NCBI GenBank assembly: GCA_016206785.1
Contig: JACQQV010000048.1
Span: 65,889 to 129,888 of the forward strand
Direction: 5' to 3'
DNA length: 64,000 nucleotides
Source of the DNA: Candidatus Omnitrophota bacterium
GTDB lineage: Bacteria; Omnitrophota; Gorgyraeia; JACQQV01
Under the pieces are notes generated by a model. That model was not told where the DNA came from. It ran no database searches and saw only the letters and a program-made list of their open reading frames with translations. Of the stretch, positions 40,264-49,224 are shown one piece after another. Both the position numbers and the translations under genes were made by a program. Within the stretch, counting starts at the first letter, position 1. Each line of letters starts with the position of its first letter.

Positions 40264-41283
40264 ATGCGATGGCAGCACCCTTATTTTCTTAACATGCTTT
40301 TCCTACTTCCCCTCCTGTTTTATCTTTCTCTGTATGCCACAAGGGCAAAACGGAGACTCATCGAGGCTTTTGGCTCGGAAGAATTCCGAGAAAAGGTGGA
40401 ACGGTCCGTTCACCCCGGAAGGCGATGGACGAGGGCTTTTCTTTTGTTGTTTGGGTTTTTGTTTCTCGTGGTTGCCCTGGCTTCTCCACAAACCTCCAGT
40501 CCCGTCAAGATTAAAAAGAAGCTGGGGTCCGAGTTTTTTCTTGCCTTAGATGTATCTCTTAGCATGCTGGCGCAGGATGAGACCCCCAGCCGTCTCGCCA
40601 AGGCCAAAAAAGAGCTTCTTCAATTTTTGGAAAAGTTGGAGGGGTACCGCGTGGGGCTCATCATCTTTTCGGGAACAAGTTTTGTGCAGTGTCCCCTCAC
40701 CATGGACCATCATGCGATACGCTATTTTTTGGAATCGGTGGATACCCAGAGCCTTCCTGTTCCAGGAAGCGCCTTCAAAAAGGCGATTGAAAATGCGCGG
40801 AAAAGTTTTGGGGAAGAAAAAGGAACACGAAAATATCTTGTTCTTTTTAGCGACGGAGAAGATCTGGAAGGGGAGGACCCCCTTCCAGTGGCGCGGGAGG
40901 CGAGTCGTGAAGGGATTGCCATTTTTTGCATCGGATTCGGTTCGCCTACAGGGGCGTTGATCCCCCTTCATGAGAAGGGGGTATTCGTAGGGTATAAGAA
41001 GGACTTAAACGGGGTGACCGTGGTCACGCATGCCAATGAAGAACTTCTCACCAAAATCGCACACGAGACAAGGGGGCACTATTTTAAATCGACCGCCGGC
41101 TTCGAAGAACTGGACACTCTTTGGGAAGAAGTGGCAAAACGAGGAAGAAAAGAGGTGACGGAAGCATCTGAGCGTCAGTATGAAAGCCGTTTTCAAGTTC
41201 CACTTTTCTTGGCTGTTTTGTTTCTGGTGGTAGAAATGATCCTTTCGGAGACACGACGCATCCATGAGGGCGAATCGGTTTAA
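40264..41283 (+). CDS. VWA-domain membrane protein (BatB-like)
   Basis: N-terminal TMs; LALDVSLSM MIDAS; LFSDGEDLEGE. Confidence 0.85.
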   Translation: MRWQHPYFLNMLFLLPLLFYLSLYATRAKRRLIEAFGSEEFREKVERSVHPGRRWTRAFLLLFGFLFLVVALASPQTSSPVKIKKKLGSEFFLALDVSLSMLAQDETPSRLAKAKKELLQFLEKLEGYRVGLIIFSGTSFVQCPLTMDHHAIRYFLESVDTQSLPVPGSAFKKAIENARKSFGEEKGTRKYLVLFSDGEDLEGEDPLPVAREASREGIAIFCIGFGSPTGALIPLHEKGVFVGYKKDLNGVTVVTHANEELLTKIAHETRGHYFKSTAGFEELDTLWEEVAKRGRKEVTEASERQYESRFQVPLFLAVLFLVVEMILSETRRIHEGESV

Positions 41284-41803
41284 TCTACTTTGGGCGGGAG
41301 GGATGGTGGGGGTCTCTCTCTTTTTCAGCAGCTTCTCTTTTGCAGAGAAGGGACCCTCCCTCGAGGAACTTGTGTCCCAGGGAAATGCCTTTTATACCCA
41401 AAACGACTTTAGAAAGGCTCTCGAGATCTATCAAGAAGCGTTGCTTCAGGCCGAAGATCTTTCGAAGGCGAAGGTCCACTACAACCTCGGCAATACCTAT
41501 TACCATTTAGGGCAGTTGGAGAATGCCTTAAGGGAGTTTAAGGAAGCTCTGCGACTGAATCCGAATGACGAAAATTCAAAATATAATCTCGAAGTCGTCT
41601 TAAGGGCCCTCGAGGGAAAACGATTCGTTCTCCGCGACCTGCCTGCCGATGTGACAGCGAATTCCAAACAAGATACCCTCGATGAAGAGATAAGACTCAT
41701 CTTACAGAGTCTCGAGGAGGCAGAATTTAGAGACCCCAAAGGACTTCCCACACCTCCTCCCCCTCCCGGAGAAAAAACAAAACCCTATAAAAAGGATTGG
41801 TGA
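41264..41803 (+). CDS. TPR-repeat protein (BatC-like)
   Basis: TPR units (AFYTQNDFRKALEIYQEAL, YNLGNTYYHLGQLENALREFKEALRLNP); Pro-rich C-terminus. Confidence 0.8.
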   Translation: MRANRFNLLWAGGMVGVSLFFSSFSFAEKGPSLEELVSQGNAFYTQNDFRKALEIYQEALLQAEDLSKAKVHYNLGNTYYHLGQLENALREFKEALRLNPNDENSKYNLEVVLRALEGKRFVLRDLPADVTANSKQDTLDEEIRLILQSLEEAEFRDPKGLPTPPPPPGEKTKPYKKDW

Positions 41804-41804
41804 G

Positions 41805-43661
41805 TTGAGAAAAATTTGCTCCGTTTTACTACAACTTGTAATAGTAGTTCTATTTTTCATACCCCAGAGCCTTTCCGCGGAAGACTCTTTCGTCGCAACC
41901 CTGGATCATGATGAAGTGTCGGTGGAAGAAGTCGCCACATTGACTCTCTCACTCAAAACAGAAGAGGAGAAGGAGGTCCCTCTTCCATCCATCCCCCGTA
42001 TTCCAGGCCTCCTCATTTTCTATAAAGAAACGCGACAGGTCCTTTCCCCTCAAGGGGGAAAAGTCTCTCCAACCAAAGAGTTTGTTTATACGTTACATCC
42101 TGAAACGGTGGGTCCGAAGACGATTCCTGCCCTGGGAATTCATCTGGAGGACCATTTCCTTGTGACAAAGCCGCTCCTCTTAAATGTCCTCCCACAAGTC
42201 TCGCAACCGACCCGAGAGAAACGCGCCACTTCATGGACGGAGGATATCGGTTCGCGACAAGACTCTCTTCCTCCAAAATCCTTTGCACGGGTTGTCGTGG
42301 ACAATCCGAAACCTTATCAAAACGAGCCGATTCGTGTGATAGTCTGGGCGTATGCAACAGTCCCCTTCCAGTACAAGGGCCTCAAAGAGGGGACACCTCC
42401 CAAAGAGGCCCTGCAACTCCGAGAAGTGGAAGGAGATTTTGTTCCCCATGAGGAAACAGAAACAAAAGAAGGCGAGATCTATTACGGCAGGAGCGTTGAA
42501 GAACAGATCTGGGTCCCGCTCCAAAGCGGCCCCTTGACATTAGCATTTGGGGAACTTTCCCTCCTCCTCAAGACGGAAGGACGGCAGCTTTTCGACCGGT
42601 CGTTTAAAGAGAGACTTCCCGCCGGAGATTTTTGGAGTCATGGAGAAGCCGTCTCTCTCAAAGTCGATCCGGTCTCCCTTCAAGTCCGTCCACTACCCGA
42701 TGAAAACAGGCCTGACGATTTTTCCGGCGCTGTGGGGGAATTTAAGATAAGCACCTCTTTGGATAAGACGGAGCTTGAGATTGGAGAATCAGCGACATTA
42801 AAGCTCCACATCTACGGGAAAGGGTTTTTGAAGGAGATCAAAGCTCCCTCTCTTGGGAAGTTTCCGTTTGCTTCCTCTTTTCAATCGCGCGCCTCTGATC
42901 GGTTGACACGGGGAAAGACCTCTTTTGTGGGTGAGAAAACCTATGAAATGATTCTCATCACAGACCGGGCCGGAAATTTTACTCTTGATCCCATCTCATT
43001 TTCCTATTTCAATCCGAAGATCCACAAGTATAGAAGAATTGTGACCCGACCGGTCTCTTTGGCCATTCGGGAAAGGGTTGCCACCGCCCTTGCGGCCCCT
43101 GCCGGACGTGAAAAAACGGAACCCGAGCTTTTGGGGAAAGATATTTATTACATCAAAAGCGAATTAGGCACTCTCTCAACTCCCTCTTCCCCCCTCTTCG
43201 CAAACTCTTTTTTTTGGGGGATTCAATGTGTTCCTCTTCTTTTCCTCCTCTTTTCGTTTTTAGGGAGATCGTATCAACTTTATCTTTCTCGGAATGTGGT
43301 GGCCATTCGCCGACGAGGCGCCTTTTCCACCTCCCAAGCGCGTCTTAAAAAGGCGCAACTTTATCTTACGGCAGGTCGTTTTCAAGACTGTGCAAGGGAG
43401 GCCCATGAGGCGATTCTTGGATATTTGGGGGACAAATGGGGTGTTCCGATGGGCGCTTTGACATTAGACCAGATTGAAGCAAGGGTGGGTACTTCCGGTG
43501 GAGATGAAGTGCTCCAGAAGAATTTGAAAGGGTGTCTTGAAACGCTTCAGGCCATTCAGTTTGCATCTGGACAGTTTGGTGAAAAGGAACTGCGGGCAAG
43601 TTATGAATTGTCGAAAGGAGTGCTTCAGCAACTTGAAAAGATCGATCTTTCTCTTCTTTAA
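41805..43661 (+). CDS. BatD-like protein (oxygen-tolerance family)
   Basis: Signal peptide, long extracytoplasmic region, TM near residue 470, cytoplasmic tail; position and size match BatD. Confidence 0.75.
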   Translation: MRKICSVLLQLVIVVLFFIPQSLSAEDSFVATLDHDEVSVEEVATLTLSLKTEEEKEVPLPSIPRIPGLLIFYKETRQVLSPQGGKVSPTKEFVYTLHPETVGPKTIPALGIHLEDHFLVTKPLLLNVLPQVSQPTREKRATSWTEDIGSRQDSLPPKSFARVVVDNPKPYQNEPIRVIVWAYATVPFQYKGLKEGTPPKEALQLREVEGDFVPHEETETKEGEIYYGRSVEEQIWVPLQSGPLTLAFGELSLLLKTEGRQLFDRSFKERLPAGDFWSHGEAVSLKVDPVSLQVRPLPDENRPDDFSGAVGEFKISTSLDKTELEIGESATLKLHIYGKGFLKEIKAPSLGKFPFASSFQSRASDRLTRGKTSFVGEKTYEMILITDRAGNFTLDPISFSYFNPKIHKYRRIVTRPVSLAIRERVATALAAPAGREKTEPELLGKDIYYIKSELGTLSTPSSPLFANSFFWGIQCVPLLFLLFSFLGRSYQLYLSRNVVAIRRRGAFSTSQARLKKAQLYLTAGRFQDCAREAHEAILGYLGDKWGVPMGALTLDQIEARVGTSGGDEVLQKNLKGCLETLQAIQFASGQFGEKELRASYELSKGVLQQLEKIDLSLL

Positions 43662-44424
43662 AAAAAGTCTTTCCATCGCGTTCCTCCTCCTTTTCGTATT
43701 CGGAGAAATTGCTCTTGGAGAAAAGGAGGAATACGATGTACGGAAAGCGTTTGAACAAGGAAATGTGCTTTATCAGAAAGAGGACTATGCAGCAGCCATC
43801 AAGGCCTACGAAGAAATTCTTTCGCGCGGTGTCCAGGGGGCTTCCTTATATTACAATTTGGGAAATGCTTATTTCAAGGTCGGTCAAATCGGAAAGGCCG
43901 TTCTCAATTATGAGCGTGCCTTAAAGTTTGCCCCAGAAGACAAGGAACTCATGAATAACCTCACTTTTGTCCATGAATTTTTACAAGATAAAGTTGAAGC
44001 GGCCGAAAGGCCCCATTGGCAACGGAGACTCATGAGGCTTCATCACTTCTTGAGTCTTAACCTGGTCGTGGGGATGGCTTCTCTCTGCTATATCCTCACC
44101 CTTCTTTTTTCCGCCTATGCCGTGATCCGTCCTTCGTTCCGCCCGATCTTCTTTCGCCGTCTTCTTGTCCCTTTGGCCAGTCTGTTTGTCCTTCTCTCTG
44201 GCTTCGGCGTTCTCAAAGTCTTGGAGTCCCACTTTTCACCCGCCATCGTGATTACGGAAGAGATCGACGTCCGTTACGGCCCCTCCCCGCAGGAAACCAA
44301 AGCCTTTGTGTTGCATGCTGGAACAAAATGTTCAGTTCGGGATGTCTCGGGAGAATGGATCCTTATTTGGTTACCCAATGATCGAGGGGGATGGGTTCAC
44401 CAGAGCGGTCTTGAAAGAATTTAA
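43603..44424 (+). CDS. TPR plus SH3-like domain membrane protein (BatE-like)
   Basis: TPR units (YNLGNAYFKVGQIGKAVLNYERALKFAP), TM segments, C-terminal GEWILIWLPNDRGGWVHQSGL SH3-like; start uncertain, overlaps batD-like gene. Confidence 0.7.
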   Translation: MNCRKECFSNLKRSIFLFFKKSLSIAFLLLFVFGEIALGEKEEYDVRKAFEQGNVLYQKEDYAAAIKAYEEILSRGVQGASLYYNLGNAYFKVGQIGKAVLNYERALKFAPEDKELMNNLTFVHEFLQDKVEAAERPHWQRRLMRLHHFLSLNLVVGMASLCYILTLLFSAYAVIRPSFRPIFFRRLLVPLASLFVLLSGFGVLKVLESHFSPAIVITEEIDVRYGPSPQETKAFVLHAGTKCSVRDVSGEWILIWLPNDRGGWVHQSGLERI

Positions 44425-45332
44425 TGGAAGAGGCGTCTTCTTTTAGATCAGGATTTGTGGCCATCGTTGGAAAGCCAAATGTTGGAAAATCCACTCTCCT
44501 GAATGCCCTCGTAGGTCAAAAAATTGCCATTACGTCTAAAAAACCTGAGACGACGCGGGAGCGGATCTTAGGGATCAGGAATTTTCCAAAGGGTCAACTG
44601 ATTTTTGTCGATACCCCGGGGCTTCGGAGACCCACGTTTCTCCTTGACCGCGAAATGATTGAGGCGGCGAAAGAGAGTCTCACTTCAGCAGATCTTATCC
44701 TCACGATGGTCGATGCATTCGGCTTTAAGAAAGAAGACCATTACGTTTTTTCTCTCCTTCCTCCCAAAGAAAGTAAAAAAATTCCTGTTTTTCTCACGAT
44801 CAACAAGATAGACTGCGTTGACAAGAAAACGCTTCTTCCTTTGATCGAAGAGGGGAACCGTCTTTATCCCTTTCAGGAAATCATCCCCATCTCTGCACTC
44901 AAGGGAGATAACATGGCTGTTTTGTTCGAGGAGGCGGTGAAGGCCATGCCGAAAGGCCCTCGGTATTATCCTGAAGAGATGGCCACAGACCATCCGCCAG
45001 AGTTTTCTGTGAAAGAGTTGATACGAGAAAAGATCCTCGCCCTCACCCACCAGGAAATTCCTTATTGCATCGCCGTGAAGATAGAGGAGATGTCTGAGAG
45101 AGAAGACGGTTTAATGACCATTCGCGCCACCATTTTCGTTGAGCGGGATTCTCAAAAGGCAATCGTGATCGGTCGAAAGGGCCAAATGCTCAAGAAAATC
45201 GGAACCCGGGCCAGGAAAGAGTTGGAAGGGTACTTTCAAAAAAGAGTTTTTTTGGACCTCTGGGTCAAGGTCCTCAGAGACTGGCGTCAGGACAGAGAAG
45301 CCCTCAAACGGTTGGGGTATCTGGAAGGATGA
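44424..45332 (+). CDS. era: GTPase Era
   Basis: GFVAIVGKPNVGKSTLLNALVG G1 motif, DTPG, NKID, C-terminal KH domain. Confidence 0.92.
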   Translation: MEEASSFRSGFVAIVGKPNVGKSTLLNALVGQKIAITSKKPETTRERILGIRNFPKGQLIFVDTPGLRRPTFLLDREMIEAAKESLTSADLILTMVDAFGFKKEDHYVFSLLPPKESKKIPVFLTINKIDCVDKKTLLPLIEEGNRLYPFQEIIPISALKGDNMAVLFEEAVKAMPKGPRYYPEEMATDHPPEFSVKELIREKILALTHQEIPYCIAVKIEEMSEREDGLMTIRATIFVERDSQKAIVIGRKGQMLKKIGTRARKELEGYFQKRVFLDLWVKVLRDWRQDREALKRLGYLEG

Positions 45333-45373
45333 CCGCCCCAGTGGTATAATCAATGAAGAAAGGAGGTGTCCAC

Positions 45374-45754
45374 GTGAAGAAAAAATCAGCAAAAAAGGCA
45401 AGGCGGAAGGGCGTGAAGAAAAAGGCTGTTCTTCGACGGCGTCCTTCGGCAAAGGCAAAATCGAAGGTTTCTTCGCGTAAACGCGTTTCGCTCAAGCCCA
45501 AGAAGGTCTTGAAAGAGATTGGGAAAATCACTCACTACTTCCCAAAGGTCAAGGCGGGGGTGATGAAGGTGACTAAGGGGATACTTTCTTTAGGGGACGA
45601 AATTCACATCAAGGGGCATACCACGGACTTCAAGCAGAAGGTCGCTTCAATGCAGCTGGACCATGTTCCTTTGGAGAAGGCGAGCGCAGGACAGGAAATC
45701 GGAATCGCGGTGAAGTCTCGCGTGCGACAAAATGACATGGTGTATAGGGCTTAA
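45374..45754 (+). CDS. Lys/Arg-rich (histone H1-like tail) protein with C-terminal EF-Tu-domain-2-like beta-barrel
   Basis: Perfect SD AAAGGAGGTG 5 nt before GTG 45374. The N-terminal about 45 aa are K/R/A/S-rich. The C-terminus GKITHYFPKVKAGVMKVTKGILSLGDEIHIKG...AGQEIGIAV fits the GTP_EFTU_D2 pattern. Confidence 0.6.
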   Translation: MKKKSAKKARRKGVKKKAVLRRRPSAKAKSKVSSRKRVSLKPKKVLKEIGKITHYFPKVKAGVMKVTKGILSLGDEIHIKGHTTDFKQKVASMQLDHVPLEKASAGQEIGIAVKSRVRQNDMVYRA

Positions 45755-46568
45755 AGAGGATGAGCACAAACCGATACATCACGTAGAATTCTACGGCGAA
45801 CGGGAAGAATCCTAAGAAGCCCAGGAGCGGCATTTCGAAAATCTTAAGCCCCGTCGGATCAGGGATGTGATAGACCCATTTGGCCTCAGCCCAGAAATTC
45901 CAGAATTCCCAGAGTATCCCCATCACGCCCCCTGTCAGGAGGAGGGTAAATAATCTTTGCCCTTCTCCCATTCCAAGTTTCTTAAGAAGTGATTCTTCTC
46001 CCCACCGATAATTAAGGGGCTCAAGGAGAAAAATGAAGCCGAGCCATACAGGGGGAAAATCATAAATCGATTTTGTCAGAAGCGGATAAATCAGGAAAAC
46101 GAGTCCCAGCAGAAAAGAAAAGACAAGCGCCCCCCGAGAGATCTTCGTGGGTGTTAAGCGGAGATTTTTGAAGAAGCCCCACTCTTCCAGGAGCGCATTG
46201 GTTTCAAGGAGGGCCGGAAGGATCGTTGCAAAAGACCAAAAATAGCCAGGGTAGGCGATCAGGGGATTCGAGGGAATGTTCCGATATTCCCAATTTTTAA
46301 GAAGAAGGTTATAGCCTTCGAAAACAAGCCAAAGTCCTGCAGAAAGGGGAAGGGTGAAGAAGAAGTGTCCCGGCTGATTTTGGAGGAGGGAATGCCCCCT
46401 TTTGCGATAAAGGGTGGTGTCGACGATGAGGATGTAACCTGTCCAGCAAAACGGGGTCACCCAGACTTTAAGGGAGGCGATTCCCAGTACGATGGAGAGT
46501 TCCCCCAACAAAAGAAAAATCAGTCCACTTCCAAATAGCCAGGAGGTTCTTTTTTGAGTCATGATCAT
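45630..46568 (-). CDS. polytopic integral membrane protein (unknown family)
   Basis: 312 aa with at least 8 hydrophobic helices; its 3' end overlaps the convergent + strand gene by about 125 nt. Confidence 0.65.
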   Translation of the reverse strand: MIMTQKRTSWLFGSGLIFLLLGELSIVLGIASLKVWVTPFCWTGYILIVDTTLYRKRGHSLLQNQPGHFFFTLPLSAGLWLVFEGYNLLLKNWEYRNIPSNPLIAYPGYFWSFATILPALLETNALLEEWGFFKNLRLTPTKISRGALVFSFLLGLVFLIYPLLTKSIYDFPPVWLGFIFLLEPLNYRWGEESLLKKLGMGEGQRLFTLLLTGGVMGILWEFWNFWAEAKWVYHIPDPTGLKIFEMPLLGFLGFFPFAVEFYVMYRFVLILFKPYTPCHFVARETSPRFRFPVLRSPSPKEHGPAALKRPSA

Positions 46569-46631
46569 TGTCTGGTGGGTGTTTATGTGTCGTGAGAATT
46601 ATACCGGATTCAAGAGGAGAATGCAATTTTA

Positions 46632-47513
46632 GTGAAACTGTTTATGCTCCTTGTTCGATCGGCTGTGTGGGTGGGGGTAGGTTGTTTTCTATTTACTTTT
46701 GTTCTTTTGGTTCGGAATACTTTCCTTCCTCGCTATCCTTATGAAGTTTCACTGAAGGAAATCGGTCTCACAGGGGAAGAGGTCCGTTTTAGGAGTCGAG
46801 ATGGACTGTGGCTTTCCGGGACACTTCTTTTGGCAGGGTGGAACGATCCTTGGATCATTCTGTGTCACGGGGTAGGGGCGAATCGTTTTGACCTCATTGA
46901 GATGGCGCGGTTTTTGGTTCAAGAAGGCTCTTTTAATATCTTCTTTTTTGATTTTCGCGCCCACGGAAAAAGTGAAGGATGGGCCACTTCCTTCGGTTAC
47001 CGTGAGCAGAGAGATCTGTTAGGGGCTTTAGACTATTTGGAGAGTCGGAGGGGCGGCCCTCAGCGATACGGCCTCTACGGGATCTCCATGGGGGCTTCGG
47101 TTGGCATCTTGGTCGCCGCCGAGGATCTTCGTATTCAGGCCCTTTGTGTCGATTCACCCTTTGTAGATCTTGAGGAAAGTATTGCAAAGCACTCCCAACT
47201 TCTTTACCCTCTTCCAAGATTTCCATTTGCTTTCTTGGCCTGTTTTTCTTACAATTTGAGGTTTCTGACGGATGTTCGAAAGATTTCACCGATCAAGGTA
47301 GTTCATAAGATTTCTCCGCGACCACTCTTCATCATGAACGGGGGTGAGGATGATCGGATGCTCCCTGAACGGGCAAGGGATCTTTACGAAAAGGCCTCCG
47401 AACCTAAGACACTTTGGCTCATCCCTGGAGCTGGCCATCTCGAAGGAAGGGCCGTTGCAGAGAAACGGTATGATGAATCCGTTCTCCACTTTTTTTCAAG
47501 CGCTTTACGGTAA
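46632..47513 (+). CDS. alpha/beta hydrolase (N-terminal TM anchor)
   Basis: HGVGANRFD oxyanion region, GISMGASVG nucleophile elbow, C-terminal GAGH. Confidence 0.8.
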   Translation: MKLFMLLVRSAVWVGVGCFLFTFVLLVRNTFLPRYPYEVSLKEIGLTGEEVRFRSRDGLWLSGTLLLAGWNDPWIILCHGVGANRFDLIEMARFLVQEGSFNIFFFDFRAHGKSEGWATSFGYREQRDLLGALDYLESRRGGPQRYGLYGISMGASVGILVAAEDLRIQALCVDSPFVDLEESIAKHSQLLYPLPRFPFAFLACFSYNLRFLTDVRKISPIKVVHKISPRPLFIMNGGEDDRMLPERARDLYEKASEPKTLWLIPGAGHLEGRAVAEKRYDESVLHFFSSALR

Positions 47514-47793
47514 AGTTGAGCGAGACGTGGAAAGGGGGTTTGAAAAATGGATATCCTCGGAAGACTTAGGGAGTTTACCACCCTCGATTTTATCTGCAGT
47601 TATTCTGCCAAGTTTTTCTTGGGTCTGGGGGTGGGTCTTCTGTGGGGGCAGAAGGGAGCTCCTTCGGGGTGGCTCTTTATTCTTCTTGCAGTGATCGTAG
47701 GATGCCGGGCCGAAGTTAAATTCTTTAAATCACACAACTGATTCCTACCGTTGTAGTTGCATCTCGCCCTCTTTTTAAAGAGCAAAAGAAACA

Positions 47794-47822
47794 TTGACTT
47801 CACACACCCCATTTTGTAGAAT
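47794..47822 (+). promoter_or_regulatory. sigma70 promoter TTGACT-17-TAGAAT upstream of cysH
   Basis: Hexamers at 47794-47799 and 47817-47822. Confidence 0.5.
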
Positions 47823-47848
47823 AACGCCTTACGCATGGAGGGAGGGAA

Positions 47849-48583
47849 GTGGGACCCATGGACGTCGCTTCAGTGAATCAAACGTTTGAAAAGAAATCCC
47901 CCCAGGAACTTCTTCGGTGGGCCCTGGAGGAATTTGGGGATAAAATTGCCCTGGCGTCCAGTTTCGGCGTCGAGGACGTGGCCCTCATCGATATGATGAT
48001 GAAGATCAACCGGAAGGCCCGCGTCTTTACTCTCGATACAGGACGGCTGGATGAGGAGACCTATGAGGTCATGGACCGCATTCGGGACAGATATGGCCTC
48101 TCAATCGAATCTTATTTTCCAGATCTTCAGAAAGTGGAGGCGCTGGAGCGGACCAAGGGATTCTATTCTTTTCGGAAAAGTGTCGAGAACCGCAAAGAAT
48201 GTTGTGGCATCCGGAAGGTTGAACCGCTCGGACGTGCCCTTTCCACGCTTAAGGCCTGGCTCACAGGTCTTCGGCGTGCTCAAGCTGTTACCCGCACCGA
48301 TATTGCCAAAGTTGAAGTGGATAGCGCACACCACAACATCATCAAGATCAACCCCTTGGCCGATTGGTCTGAAAAACAGGTATGGGACTATGTGAAACAG
48401 AACCAAGTTCCCTATAACAAACTCCACGACCAGGGATATCCGAGCATCGGTTGCTCCCCCTGCACGCGCGCCATCAAGCCTGGAGAAGACATCCGGGCGG
48501 GGCGCTGGTGGTGGGAGAATCCCGAACAGAAAGAATGCGGTTTGCACGTTCATAAGGCGGAGGAAAAGGGGAAAGAGAGGTAA
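47849..48583 (+). CDS. cysH: phosphoadenosine phosphosulfate / adenylylsulfate reductase (thioredoxin-dependent, Fe-S type)
   Basis: PAPS-reductase fold with KECCGIRKVEPL and GCSPCTRAI Cys pairs and C-terminal ECGLH. Confidence 0.85.
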   Translation: MGPMDVASVNQTFEKKSPQELLRWALEEFGDKIALASSFGVEDVALIDMMMKINRKARVFTLDTGRLDEETYEVMDRIRDRYGLSIESYFPDLQKVEALERTKGFYSFRKSVENRKECCGIRKVEPLGRALSTLKAWLTGLRRAQAVTRTDIAKVEVDSAHHNIIKINPLADWSEKQVWDYVKQNQVPYNKLHDQGYPSIGCSPCTRAIKPGEDIRAGRWWWENPEQKECGLHVHKAEEKGKER

Positions 48584-48595
48584 CGGAGGACTAGG

Positions 48596-48877
48596 ATGCG
48601 ACGAAAAGGTTTATTTATTTTCTTGGGACTTATGGCGCTCCTTGGGACAGGATGTGGAGTTTCAAAGGACAAATACCTGAGGCTCGAGGAGGAGAAAAAG
48701 GGACTTGAACGCACCGTGGATCAGTTGACAAGAGAAAAAGAGGACCTCGCCCGCTACAACGACGACCTTCAGAGGGTTAACCAACGGCTCCTCCAAGAAC
48801 GGACGGTTAAACCGCCCTCGCCTGAGGAATCCCCTCTTGAAGGAAGAACGGAATCCGAAGAGTCTTCTCTCAAATAA
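48596..48877 (+). CDS. small coiled-coil lipoprotein
   Basis: Lipobox LLGTGC after a signal peptide; charged coiled-coil. Confidence 0.6.
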   Translation: MRRKGLFIFLGLMALLGTGCGVSKDKYLRLEEEKKGLERTVDQLTREKEDLARYNDDLQRVNQRLLQERTVKPPSPEESPLEGRTESEESSLK

Positions 48878-48911
48878 GCTCGATGGATGATACGAGGCTC
48901 TCGAGGCGCCG

Positions 48912-49223
48912 ATGGCAGAATTTATTCGCATCTGGCAGGAAGCGGTCATTCAGGAGATTGAAAGCCACCTTCTCATTGCAGGGGATACGGTGGGGGACTG
49001 CGCCAGCTGCCGTTGCCTCGGCATTGACTACAGCAAGACCAGTTGCCCTCAGTGTAAAACCGAATTTAAATATGTGACAAGCCGCCGCATTGAAAGCCAT
49101 CCTGGTGAATCGTTCCGCATCGTCAAACGTTTAAAAGAAAAGCGTCCCGATCTCATCTTTGTCGACTATACGGATTATAAACAACTTTCCGGGAAGTTGA
49201 AGGGGAGGAGCTTTCTCGCCTAA
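48912..49223 (+). CDS. zinc-ribbon (CxxC-x14-CxxC) hypothetical protein
   Basis: CASCRC...CPQC; stops 1 nt before the dinG-family gene start. Confidence 0.55.
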   Translation: MAEFIRIWQEAVIQEIESHLLIAGDTVGDCASCRCLGIDYSKTSCPQCKTEFKYVTSRRIESHPGESFRIVKRLKEKRPDLIFVDYTDYKQLSGKLKGRSFLA

Positions 49224-49224
49224 C

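Noticed and set aside
47547-47741. 64-aa ORF in the cysH upstream region
   Set aside because: It is hydrophobic but lies within the promoter region, with no RBS or homology signal; I could not support it as a gene.
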